From a bacterium (lineage in GTDB: Bacteria > Zhuqueibacterota > QNDG01 > DSAB01): DNA of 64,000 nucleotides. The stretch's first letter is position 1, and the number at the start of each line of letters is the position of its first letter. Of the stretch, positions 19,932 to 30,044 are shown one piece after another. The notes beneath the pieces are model-generated. The model did not search any database and was not told the origin of the DNA. It worked only from the letters and a program-made list of their open reading frames with translations. The stretch lies in NCBI GenBank assembly GCA_016931965.1, contig JAFGDT010000086.1, positions 129,142 to 193,141 of the forward strand. Reading direction: 5' to 3'. The position numbers and the translations under genes are program-made.

Positions 19932-22316
19932 CTACGCATTCCACAAATTGAACATCACCAACAATTCTTGCTCGGCTCTTGCCATACTTTCGAGAGATTT
20001 TGCCAAGGTAGCGACACCGTCTAATTGAGCACTCATCTCTTGGGTAGAAACATTGACTTCTTTCACAACCGAGCTGTTCTTTTCACTGACGGCCGATACA
20101 TTTCCCATTGCTTCGCCTACTTGATGTGAGAAATCTCTCATCTTCGTCATCGATGAAGCAATATTATACATACGCTTTTGATCAACCTTAACCAACTTAC
20201 GAATATCATCCAGTGCCATAACGGCTTTATCAGTCAGACCGGCTGATTCTTTCACTTTCTCCAGGCCGTCTCCCATGACTTTTTCAACCTGGCTGATTCC
20301 TCTTTGAATGGTATCAACAAGACCGATAATCTCACCGGTCGCCTTCGCTGTATTTTTTGCCAACTTACGAATCTCATCAGCAACAACAGCAAACCCTTTC
20401 CCGTATTCTCCTGCACTTGCCGCTTCAATGGCTGCATTCAAACCGAGCACATTCACACGAGACGCGATGTCATCGATCAATTCAACAATCACATCAATTC
20501 TCTCTGAATGTTTTTCTAAATCCTCGACGATATGCCAGGTATCACCAACCGATTTCTCAATTGTTTTCATGCTCGACAGAGTCTTTTCCATAGCCTGGGT
20601 CCCTGCACCCACTGCGTTGACCGTACTTTCAGCAGCAGAGGCACTCTCCTCCGCTTCTCTGCTGACGCTGTTGATGTTATTGAGTAAATCTTCTAAATAC
20701 CTACTGGTACGATCTACTTGTTCATTTTGTGTTGCGGTTCCCTTAGCCATATCACCCATTGCTTTATTGATCTGTGAGGTTGCTTGATTCACCTGTCCTG
20801 TACTGGCGGCCAGATTCTGACTTAAACCCATTAATTTCTGGGCTTGATCTGATATGGTATAAACAAGGCTGCGTAAACTGCTCGGTTCACTGTTAAAGGT
20901 CACCACAGGGATACCCGCCCTGACGGCTTTATTGATATACGGAATCAAGTGCCGATCTACAACCAATGTCGCAATGGCATCAACACCTTGAGTAATAAGC
21001 GATTCAATCACTTCACCATAAACCTGGGCGCTGTGATCATTATTTTTTCTGGCTTTCTCTGGATATATCCATTCAACTTCTGCGTTATGGGATTTTAATT
21101 TTTTCGCCGCAGCCAGTGTTCCTTCTTTTACAGGAATCCAGAATGCCGAAGTTTCTCTGCCCAAAGCAGCAATGCGTAGTTTTTTCGGGGATTCCTTATC
21201 AACGGGTTTTGCCAGTCGATCGAGTGCTTCTTGAGACTGAATCAATCCTTTACCGGGTTCCCAAAACTGTTTATAATTTTTCGAGGTGACAACATCCATT
21301 TTTGTGAGAAGACGATGCACAGGGGGTTGCCATCCATCGGCTACATGATTAAAAAGATAAATGACAGGATTATATCCCTGGGCAAAAGGATCCTGTCCCA
21401 ATGTAGCGTTGATAATTCCGTCCTTGACATACTCCATGGTTTCATCGGTTAAGTCGTGCCCCACGATGGTAATCTGTTTCACCTTTTTTGCTTCAACGAC
21501 GGCTCTAGCTACACCAGGCGGAGTGGCACCCGTCGTAATGTAAATGCCTGCAAGGTTGGGAAACTGTTTGAGCAATTCAGTTGTTTGTTTGCAAGCCAAA
21601 TCCTCCAATTCATTGTCTTCAGAAACATGCACAATTTGAATATTCGGATACTGCTCCCTGATCACACTTTCAAAACCCTTCCGCCTCAATTCAGCACCTG
21701 TAGCCGTAAAAGAACTTGTCGAAATCGCTACTTCACCCTTTCCGCTCAAAGCTTCCCCCATTACATCACCACAGCGACGCCCTTCTAAATAGGAATCGGC
21801 TCCGACATAACAGAGTCGTAAACTGGGTGTATTGGTCAGTTTATTAAATTCCTCTGCCGTTTCTTGAAGACTGCTGATCACATTGTTGAATATATCCACA
21901 AACTGACTCAATTCAGGATCTTCGGACAGAGGCAATTTTTTCGACTGGATGGATAAATCGACAGTAAAATTGCCTTGTGTTAATTCAATCATCGCTGCAG
22001 ATAAAGAAGGACAGTCTTTTTTTGTAAGACTTTGACCTGCTTCCATCAATGCATCCATCGGTTTAACCACTTTGCGCAAAACCAACCACATCAATCCTGC
22101 AAGAATGAAAAACCCAAAAAAGAATCCTGTTATGAACAAGATTCTTGGTAACAGAAGCATCGAACCTGAAACCGACGGTTTCATGGCAGATAAAGTATGC
22201 TCAAGAAAAATATAACCTGCAACCACAACCACGAATGTAACAACAAGCAACACAAATCCATAGATCAACAGTTTGTGGCGTGGAATGGTCCGAATAAAAT
22301 TGAAATTCATAAGCAC
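19932..22316 (-). CDS. Methyl-accepting chemotaxis protein with two PBP1 (sugar-binding-like) sensor domains
   Basis: Two N-terminal TM helices separated by about 20 aa. Tandem periplasmic-binding-protein type I folds follow. The C-terminal MCP signalling domain includes VLGLNAAIEAASAGEYGKGFAVVADEIRKLA. Confidence 0.8.
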   Translation of the reverse strand: MLMNFNFIRTIPRHKLLIYGFVLLVVTFVVVVAGYIFLEHTLSAMKPSVSGSMLLLPRILFITGFFFGFFILAGLMWLVLRKVVKPMDALMEAGQSLTKKDCPSLSAAMIELTQGNFTVDLSIQSKKLPLSEDPELSQFVDIFNNVISSLQETAEEFNKLTNTPSLRLCYVGADSYLEGRRCGDVMGEALSGKGEVAISTSSFTATGAELRRKGFESVIREQYPNIQIVHVSEDNELEDLACKQTTELLKQFPNLAGIYITTGATPPGVARAVVEAKKVKQITIVGHDLTDETMEYVKDGIINATLGQDPFAQGYNPVIYLFNHVADGWQPPVHRLLTKMDVVTSKNYKQFWEPGKGLIQSQEALDRLAKPVDKESPKKLRIAALGRETSAFWIPVKEGTLAAAKKLKSHNAEVEWIYPEKARKNNDHSAQVYGEVIESLITQGVDAIATLVVDRHLIPYINKAVRAGIPVVTFNSEPSSLRSLVYTISDQAQKLMGLSQNLAASTGQVNQATSQINKAMGDMAKGTATQNEQVDRTSRYLEDLLNNINSVSREAEESASAAESTVNAVGAGTQAMEKTLSSMKTIEKSVGDTWHIVEDLEKHSERIDVIVELIDDIASRVNVLGLNAAIEAASAGEYGKGFAVVADEIRKLAKNTAKATGEIIGLVDTIQRGISQVEKVMGDGLEKVKESAGLTDKAVMALDDIRKLVKVDQKRMYNIASSMTKMRDFSHQVGEAMGNVSAVSEKNSSVVKEVNVSTQEMSAQLDGVATLAKSLESMARAEQELLVMFNLWNA

Positions 22317-22664
22317 CTCTACTTGATCAAAAGAATAAAGAATTACATTTCGAAATACATTTTAAATCTGAAAACCGTCATCCCATAGTTGTTATATTAA
22401 ATAACTTTTTAATAATTAGTACATTAATCATATCCATAATGAACATCAATATTTGTAAAAACAACCTTTGGGACACTTCCCTATCCAATGCAAAACCCCT
22501 GCCAATGAAGTTAGTTTGGTTAAAAATGAGCTTTATATTTTACGAACAGTTGAATTTGCAAAATAAGTTAATTATATTTTCCTCATGCCAAATAGTATTT
22601 TCAATTTATACAATATTACATCCTGCAATATTTTTTATCAATAAATCGTCCGGAATTTTCCAAT

Positions 22665-23417
22665 ATGACTGAAGGGTTGAAACTATTGCTGTTATTCGTT
22701 ATTGGTACACTTTCCAGCATTATCAATGTCAATGCTGGAGGAGGATCATCCATCACACTGCCAGCACTGATCTTTATTGGATTGGAGAGTGGTATTGCCA
22801 ATGGAACCAACCGTATTGGCATTTTGATACAGAATCTATTTGCCGTTTCATCATTTCGAAATCAAAACATTTACAAATTTAAAGAAAGTCTCTTTCTGGC
22901 AATTTTTACACTGCCTGGCGCTATCATCGGAGCTATTTTATCCATAAGAATAAACAGCCAATGGTTTCAACGGATTCTGGCTATTGTGATGATAGGTATT
23001 GTATTGACGATACTCTTTACCCATTCATCAAGTAAATTCAAACAGATCTCCAGCAAAAAGAAAAAAAACTGGCTTATTTATCCTGCACTGCTTGGTATCG
23101 GATTTTACGGAGGATTCATACAGATCGGTGTGGGCTTCCTCCTCATGGCATCTCTGTTTCACCTTTTAAAAATAGATCTTATCCAAGTCAATATGCACAA
23201 AGTGTTCATTATTTGTCTTTACACCTTACCTGCTCTAACTGTTTTTATCGTCACAGGTAATCTCAATTGGAAATACGGATGCATGCTTGCTTCGGGTATG
23301 GCTCTAGGGGGGTGGATTGGAGCTAGAATCGCCATAAAGGGAGGTGACAAGGTGATTCGAATCATTCTCGCCGTGGCTATTCTATTAATGGCTCTGAAAC
23401 TACTCGGACTTTTCTAA
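22665..23417 (+). CDS. TauE/SafE (DUF81) family sulfite/anion exporter
   Basis: Two 4-TM repeats with GGG..I..P and Gly-rich motifs. Confidence 0.75.
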   Translation: MTEGLKLLLLFVIGTLSSIINVNAGGGSSITLPALIFIGLESGIANGTNRIGILIQNLFAVSSFRNQNIYKFKESLFLAIFTLPGAIIGAILSIRINSQWFQRILAIVMIGIVLTILFTHSSSKFKQISSKKKKNWLIYPALLGIGFYGGFIQIGVGFLLMASLFHLLKIDLIQVNMHKVFIICLYTLPALTVFIVTGNLNWKYGCMLASGMALGGWIGARIAIKGGDKVIRIILAVAILLMALKLLGLF

Positions 23418-23542
23418 TAACTGATTTTAAGACATACAATTTGTCAGTCTATTAAAATAAATAAGCAAACACCTTTATCCTCTAAAATGGTGGGGATGAT
23501 CTGGTAATCCTTGCATCAAAATACATCACCATCAAACACGAT

Positions 23543-23782
23543 TCAAGGTGCCGTTAGAAACCTGAAACCAAAATAGAGTAATGCCGCAAAAAGAATGGCA
23601 AACAAAACAATATAGGCAAATCGCATCCATCTCGGCCGGTCCTTTAAATCTGAAAATTGAATCGGCGGGTACTTTCTTTGACTGATATCTCCAAAATCCC
23701 GGTAGTGATTAAAGACATACTGACAGTGATTGCATTTTGGAGAATCATCCGGTGTTTCATGACCACAACTTGGACATATCAT
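23543..23782 (-). CDS. Small zinc-ribbon membrane protein
   Basis: CPSCGH...CNHC zinc ribbon plus a C-terminal TM helix. Confidence 0.35.
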   Translation of the reverse strand: MICPSCGHETPDDSPKCNHCQYVFNHYRDFGDISQRKYPPIQFSDLKDRPRWMRFAYIVLFAILFAALLYFGFRFLTAP

Positions 23783-23842
23783 TTCAACCGCCTCCTGTGA
23801 ATCCTTTTGTCTTTCCGATTTTGATGATTAAAATACCATCCC

Positions 23843-25000
23843 TTATTTCTCTTTGACAAATAATAACATGATAAGAGATACAACAGTTAAACCCAATGAA
23901 AAATAAAAGGGCGCAGTGCTGTTGATCCGATCCCAGAAAACTCCCGCAAGAAAGGAAGCCGGAAATGCACACAATCCAATAACCATCTGAAAACCACCCA
24001 AACTGCTTGCCCGATATTGGACAGGAGCAAGCTCTGAGACAAATGTTTTTTGCACCGGCTCCAACGCTCCTTTATGCAAACCATATAGAATAAATGTGAG
24101 AATGGTTGTATAGTTGTTTTGAATATAAATCATACTCAGACAACAAATTCCCCAAAACATAAATGAAACCATCAATACAGACTTTCTGCCAATTCGATCG
24201 GATAATTTCCCGAAAGGTAAAGAAAAAAGAGAAGCGACTGCTGTAAATACAAGATACATGACGGGCACAAATTCTGTCTGTAAATGGAACTTTTTTGCAT
24301 AGATCAATAAAAAAGAATAGCTGAAAGAACCCAAAGCAAAAATCGAGCTCAACAAAAGAAATAATTTATAATTTGGGTCGAAATCCCTGAATGAAAGGCC
24401 TTTGTAGAGTTTATGATGAATCTCCTTTTTTTCTTGAATAAAGAAAAAAATAAGCAGTACGCCTACCATTGACGGAATTGATGCAATTAAAAATAATTTT
24501 TTAAATCCCAAAGATTTGAAAAACAATATACATACCGTAATACCGAATAGAGCACCCATGTGATCCATCATTCTCAGTAAACCAAAATTTCTTCCTCTGA
24601 ACCTTTTGGGGGAGATATCGGCAACAATGGCATCTCTGGGTGCGCTTCTTATTTTTCCAGCCCTGTCCAAAATCCGAAACAGGACCAAATGCTGCCACAC
24701 CATCGACAAAGCATAACCGATTCGTGACAAAGAACCGAAAAGATATCCAGTCCAGACAAAAACCTTCCTTCTCTGGATTCTGTCTGATAGATAACCGGAA
24801 ACGGCTTGGGATATCGAAACAACAGCCTCACCCAGACCATCGATCAATCCGAGAACAGCCATATTGGTACCTAAAAAGGAAGTTACAAATAGTGGCCATA
24901 TCGGATAGATCATATCTGAGCCGAAATCATTGAGAAATGACGCGAGGGCAAATAATCTCACTGTTTTCTTTGATCGATTCTGTATCTCATTCATCTTCAT
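23843..25000 (-). CDS. MFS transporter
   Basis: 12 TM helices and the MFS motif GYLSDRIQRRKV. Confidence 0.75.
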   Translation of the reverse strand: MKMNEIQNRSKKTVRLFALASFLNDFGSDMIYPIWPLFVTSFLGTNMAVLGLIDGLGEAVVSISQAVSGYLSDRIQRRKVFVWTGYLFGSLSRIGYALSMVWQHLVLFRILDRAGKIRSAPRDAIVADISPKRFRGRNFGLLRMMDHMGALFGITVCILFFKSLGFKKLFLIASIPSMVGVLLIFFFIQEKKEIHHKLYKGLSFRDFDPNYKLFLLLSSIFALGSFSYSFLLIYAKKFHLQTEFVPVMYLVFTAVASLFSLPFGKLSDRIGRKSVLMVSFMFWGICCLSMIYIQNNYTTILTFILYGLHKGALEPVQKTFVSELAPVQYRASSLGGFQMVIGLCAFPASFLAGVFWDRINSTAPFYFSLGLTVVSLIMLLFVKEK

Positions 25001-25346
25001 TTCTGCTTTTTCATATAATGAGCTTTTTGGAGATTCAATTCACACCTCTTTTCCCCTGCCATCAGTTATCGTTTCTATATTAAAATCTTTCTGCAATAAA
25101 ACAAGAAAAAAAATAAAAAAGCGAAGTGAAAATTTGACAAATGCCAAATGTCATATTGACAATAATAATCGTATGAACGTGTCGATATGGCATAAACAAT
25201 TTTAAATAAAAAATATGCATTTAATATATTATAAACAGACTCTTATATGCTTTGGTATATGAGTTGCTGAAATAATAACTTGGAAAACAAAATATAGTGA
25301 TGTTTGAAAAATGTACTTTAACATCAAATGAAAGGAGGAATGAACT

Positions 25347-25787
25347 ATGTTATTCGATGATGACATGATTCGATGGAATCCTTGGAGAGAATTACCGAGG
25401 ATCCAAAGAGAGATGAACCGTCTTTTTGAAAATGCCTGGTCACCACAGGTGATTCCATTCCCTCCTGTGAATATTTACACCAACAAAGATGAAGCGATGG
25501 TCACTGCTGAATTGCCGGGAATGGAACAGAAAGACATTCATATCTCGATTTTGAACAATACGATTACTATCGAAGGGAACCGAGTACCTGAGGATTTAAA
25601 AGAAGGCGAAGCCCTCCACAGGCAGGAAAGAAATTATGGATCTTTTAAACGGTCATTTGAATTGCCATTTCCGGCAAACACAGATAAAGTAGAAGCCAAT
25701 TTAAAAAACGGTGCGCTCATCGTGAGACTCCCCCGAGCAGAAGAAGACAAACCTAAACAAATTGAGATTTCGGGATCTGGAAAATAG
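25347..25787 (+). CDS. Hsp20/alpha-crystallin small heat-shock protein (1 of 3 tandem)
   Basis: Alpha-crystallin domain with the A-x-x-x-N-G-V-L motif (LKNGALIVRLP). RBS AAAGGAGG. Confidence 0.85.
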   Translation: MLFDDDMIRWNPWRELPRIQREMNRLFENAWSPQVIPFPPVNIYTNKDEAMVTAELPGMEQKDIHISILNNTITIEGNRVPEDLKEGEALHRQERNYGSFKRSFELPFPANTDKVEANLKNGALIVRLPRAEEDKPKQIEISGSGK

Positions 25788-25795
25788 AAAAGGAG

Positions 25796-26203
25796 GTGAC
25801 AAAAATGGCAGAAAAGACAACAACCGTCAAGAAAAAGGAGACTGAGGATGTTTCCACAGTTGAAAGAACACGGTCCAGTCGGTGCTTTGTACCACTGACC
25901 GATATCATAGAAAATGAGGAAGAGATCATTCTCACAGCGGACATGCCGGGTGTGGATCAGAAGTCGATCGACGTCACTCTTGAAAACAATCAATTAACCA
26001 TTCAGGGATACGTCAAAGAGAGAATTCCTGAAGCATTTCGTCTGGTACATACGGAATATGATGTGGGTGATTTCTACCGCTCCTTTACACTGAGCGATAC
26101 CATTGACAGAAATAAAATCGAGGCAAGTATAAAAAATGGTGTACTGAAACTGCGGCTGCCCAAAGCCGATGAAGCCAAAGCCAGGAAAATCACAGTGAAT
26201 TGA
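25796..26203 (+). CDS. Hsp20/alpha-crystallin small heat-shock protein (2 of 3)
   Basis: IKNGVLKLRLPK motif. RBS AAAGGAGG. Confidence 0.85.
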   Translation: MTKMAEKTTTVKKKETEDVSTVERTRSSRCFVPLTDIIENEEEIILTADMPGVDQKSIDVTLENNQLTIQGYVKERIPEAFRLVHTEYDVGDFYRSFTLSDTIDRNKIEASIKNGVLKLRLPKADEAKARKITVN

Positions 26204-26249
26204 GCAGAACACAATCAATCCTTAAATCCCAAAAAGGAGGTGAAATCCT

Positions 26250-26750
26250 ATGTCCATTAAAGATCTGGTACCCATATCACGCAATAAAAAATACAATCCC
26301 ATACAACTTGCCGAAAAAAACAATCCTTTTGGTCTACTCCAACGGGAGATGAACAGGCTTTTCGACGATTTCTTTGGCGATTTTCGCTTGCCTTTCTTCC
26401 GAGAAAAATGGGCATCCCACTATCCACAAATAGACATGATCGAAACGGATAAAGACATCAAGATCACGGCGGAACTCCCTGGATTGGACAACAAGGATAT
26501 TGACATCACCCTGTCAAACAATATCTTAATATTGAGAGGGGAAAAACAGAAAGAAAAAGAAGAAAAGGGATCCAATACCATTCATGTCGAACGGCGTTAT
26601 GGCGCATTTCAGAGAGATATCCCTTTGCATTCTGAAATTGAATCCGATCAGATCAACGCTGTTTTTAAAAATGGCATACTGACGATTACGCTTCCGAAAA
26701 AACCGGAAAAAGAGAAAAAAGCAAAACAGATCGAAGTGAAAATTCTTTAA
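26250..26750 (+). CDS. Hsp20/alpha-crystallin small heat-shock protein (3 of 3)
   Basis: FKNGILTITLPK motif. RBS AAAGGAGG. Confidence 0.85.
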   Translation: MSIKDLVPISRNKKYNPIQLAEKNNPFGLLQREMNRLFDDFFGDFRLPFFREKWASHYPQIDMIETDKDIKITAELPGLDNKDIDITLSNNILILRGEKQKEKEEKGSNTIHVERRYGAFQRDIPLHSEIESDQINAVFKNGILTITLPKKPEKEKKAKQIEVKIL

Positions 26751-26807
26751 AGAGGAAATAGACAATGTGAAAGGGATAATGGCATGTATTTATCTTTAGA
26801 GGAATAG

Positions 26808-26840
26808 AAACGGCCGATTTTATAATCGGCCGTTTTTTTA
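26808..26840 (+). terminator. Rho-independent terminator after the hsp20 cluster
   Basis: AAACGGCCGATTttataAATCGGCCGTTTTTTT, an 11-bp stem plus T7. Confidence 0.75.
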
Positions 26841-26899
26841 TGAACAAAAGGATTGTTGCCTTTCTCAGGAAATTTCATTTTGGAGGAACAAACCAAGAA

Positions 26900-28216
26900 T
26901 TATGACCCTTGAGGCCTATCCTGACCCGGTACAGGGATGACGGCCTCTAAATCAACATCTCCCATTGCATATTCAGTCGGACCCAATCTCATATCTGAAG
27001 CCATCATCTCATCCCACGCCATCTCTCGGCCCGTGTACGCAGACTGCCTCCCCATAATGGCGGTCATGGTCGAAATAGCCGTATTCTTTGCTTCATTGAT
27101 CGGTTGATTTGTGCGGATGGCCGTAATCAGATCGATATGCTCCTGTACATAAGGTGTATCGCCTGTAATTTCCTTAATGGAACTGTCATACTCCCAGGCA
27201 ATATTGCCATCTTCTTTATAGATGGTATCTCTGCAGTTGGTCGATCCTTTCGTACCCACGATATATTCCGAAACATTATTGGCACATCCATGAATCTGCC
27301 TGCACATGCTGTGGACATGCATACCATTTGCCATTTCGAAATCGATATTAAAAAAATCGTACTGATCCCCCGTGACCCTTCGCATACGAGCTCCAAATCC
27401 TACGGCTTTCACTGGATGCATGCCCGTAAACCAGTTAATCACATCAATATTATGCACATGCTGTTCGACAATATGATCTCCCGAAAGCCAACACCAGTTG
27501 ACCCAATCTCTCAGCATTACCTCCATATCAGACCAATCTTCCTGACGCTCTCTGTACCACAGTTGCCCCTGGTTCCAGTAACAGCGAGCCGCCACAATTT
27601 CGCCAATGGCACCATCCGCTATCCGTTTATACGTTTCGACATAATCGTGCTGATGTCTTCTTTGCGTTCCTGTAACAACCTTCAATCCAAGCGTGGTGGC
27701 CTTGTCTGCAGTTTCCATGATCATTCGGATACCCACAGGATCCACAGCCACGGGTTTCTCCATAAATACATGTTTGCCTGCATTAACAGCTGCTGCAAAG
27801 TGTTCCGGTCTGAAATGGGGCGGTGTAGCCAGAATAACCATTTCTACATCTGTGTCCATCACCTTTTTGAAACCGTCAAATCCCACAAAACAGTGACCAT
27901 CGGGAATTTTCTTGCCCATTCTTTCCTCAACAGTTGCACGTGCGTTGTTGAGACGATCCTGAAAAGTATCTGCGAGCGCAGCGATTTCAAGGTTCGGACC
28001 AGCAGCAAGGAAATTCATGGCGGCACCTGTCCCGCGTCCACCGCAACCGATGAGTCCAACTTTAAGTAAGGGACCATTCGGAGCCACATCCAGCATTCGG
28101 GAAGCACTGGATTGAGCCATACCTCGACCATTTCCATAAGCCAACATCAGTGCTCCAGCGGCTGTGAGTGTACCGATAAAATCACGCCGCGACCATTTTA
28201 ATTCTTTTTTCTCCAT
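26900..28216 (-). CDS. Tat-secreted Gfo/Idh/MocA family oxidoreductase (GH109-like)
   Basis: Twin-arginine signal (SRRDFIGTLTAAGA) and a Rossmann GLIGCGGRG motif. Confidence 0.75.
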   Translation of the reverse strand: MEKKELKWSRRDFIGTLTAAGALMLAYGNGRGMAQSSASRMLDVAPNGPLLKVGLIGCGGRGTGAAMNFLAAGPNLEIAALADTFQDRLNNARATVEERMGKKIPDGHCFVGFDGFKKVMDTDVEMVILATPPHFRPEHFAAAVNAGKHVFMEKPVAVDPVGIRMIMETADKATTLGLKVVTGTQRRHQHDYVETYKRIADGAIGEIVAARCYWNQGQLWYRERQEDWSDMEVMLRDWVNWCWLSGDHIVEQHVHNIDVINWFTGMHPVKAVGFGARMRRVTGDQYDFFNIDFEMANGMHVHSMCRQIHGCANNVSEYIVGTKGSTNCRDTIYKEDGNIAWEYDSSIKEITGDTPYVQEHIDLITAIRTNQPINEAKNTAISTMTAIMGRQSAYTGREMAWDEMMASDMRLGPTEYAMGDVDLEAVIPVPGQDRPQGS

Positions 28217-28848
28217 TTTCCCCTCCTAATTTTTGAATGAGACGTACGATATTTTTAAAAGAATGAGACCGTTTTCCTGTCCTCATACCATCAATCGACG
28301 GATCATTTGGATTTCATCACACTTTCTCTTTGGATACACATTGAAACTGCGTATTGAACTATAACAACACAACCAAAAAAATAGACTCAAGATTATTCAA
28401 CCCACAACAGAATCCTATATTTTCATGTCGTTACAATTTGACACACTTAAAATCAATCTGAAAAGAGAGTTTATTGTCAATAAATACCATTTGAAGTATA
28501 ACAGATAAATCGGAATAAATCAAGCAAAAATTGGATTCATCACTGGAGGATCACACCGCTCCACTGATTGTCACCCAGACAGAAATTGACTGATTGATCC
28601 ACCTTTGTTCTCTTCATCGTTGGACATATAAGCTGTCTACACTGAAATAAGGAACAAATTCCCGATTTTTTTGTTTATTATAGCACGATAATATCATTGG
28701 GTATCGTTCGGTTTATAAAAAAATGTGTAAAATCCTTATGTGACAAAAAAAATAGGTGTTGACTATATGAAAAGGTTCTTTTACTTTTTTATTGATGATG
28801 CTATTTTGTGGAATTTTCTTAATATCTGCTTACACGGAAGGGCTCTAA

Positions 28849-29573
28849 TGTTAAAAAAATCGGCTTTATTATATACACTTGGGATCTTTTCAAGTTTTTT
28901 CCTGTTCTGCACTTCTACCCAATATCAAAGTCTGGACACAATACACAATTATGTAGGAAATAAAATATTAAGCATACAGAAGACAACGGGAGAAAATATC
29001 AATTTTGTAGAAGCTTCTGGTATAATCAATGGAGATAGCATTACTGTCAAAAAGACCATTCGAAAAGAAATCAACAAAGAGGATATTCAACTGTTAACCA
29101 CACTCTTTCATCGAATTGGACAGCCTTATAAATATAAGTTGATTACAAAAGACGGCCAGCAATACGATCTCCGTTCCTACAAGGAATTGGAAGACAATTT
29201 ACTGTGGATTGAGACAGACGAAGAAATGTCCATTCCATTGTCGGAAATTCAGGAAATAGAAATCCAAAAACGGGATCAAATTAAAGGCGGAATATGGGGA
29301 TTCGGAGTGGGTTTTTTGATAGGGGGAAACTGGGAAGCATTCAGAATATATGCCAGACCTCCGGCGGACAGAGGAACGATCTTAGGAGGCATTGCAAATG
29401 CAATGGTCAAAAGTATCGGTGTTGGTATTATTGTTCATCACATTGGTGCATGGATCAGTGCCCGAGATAAATATGTGCTCACCGCAGCGGTTGATTCAAC
29501 ACGCATAGACACAGAAATACCCACCGATTCGGTCAAACAGGAAATTGATATCAGAAAAATAAGACTATTTTAA
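28849..29573 (+). CDS. Hypothetical lipoprotein with a C-terminal glycine-zipper membrane segment
   Basis: Start at 28849 gives a lipobox-like signal (LFCTST). The GGIWGFGVGFLIGG segment is present. No family recognised. Confidence 0.4.
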
Positions 29574-30044
29574 AACCATCGCATCGAATCATTCCTTTTC
29601 TAAAACGAACTTTCTCGTTTCAAATCATATCAAAATCATGAAACAATAAAGAAAGATATGACCAGGAGACCATCAGATATTTTATATCAACAGATATTAT
29701 CCCGTTTCATCCATCGAAGTGCTCTTTTTTCCACCGAAAGTTGTTAAAATACCCGCCAGTTCTAATATGCTACAATACCAAAAAGATGTAAAGATGTTTT
29801 TTGCTTGAAAATGACTCAATAATTTATTATACTTTTCTCAATTCATAAAAATCTGAATCGATTCAAAGCAAAAAAGTATAAATCTGAAATCCATCTTTTG
29901 ACAACATCATCTTGACAATCCCTTCTCCCAGAGTTGATCGTGTTTCATTTCATATACGGGATTGTTTGCTTTACCCATAAAAGGTTGTCAATGGAACTCT
30001 CTTTGCAGCATATTTCATTTTTGGTTTAATACTAAGGAGAAAAA

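Noticed and set aside
25005-25346. CIRCE/HrcA operator or obvious sigma-32 promoter upstream of the hsp20 cluster
   Set aside because: No TTAGCACTC-N9-GAGTGCTAA-like inverted repeat was found. The TTGACA-containing segment did not give a convincing -10 at correct spacing.
27104-28069. 321-aa plus-strand ORF
   Set aside because: It is antisense to the Tat-signal Gfo/Idh/MocA oxidoreductase, which has clear Rossmann and Tat motifs.
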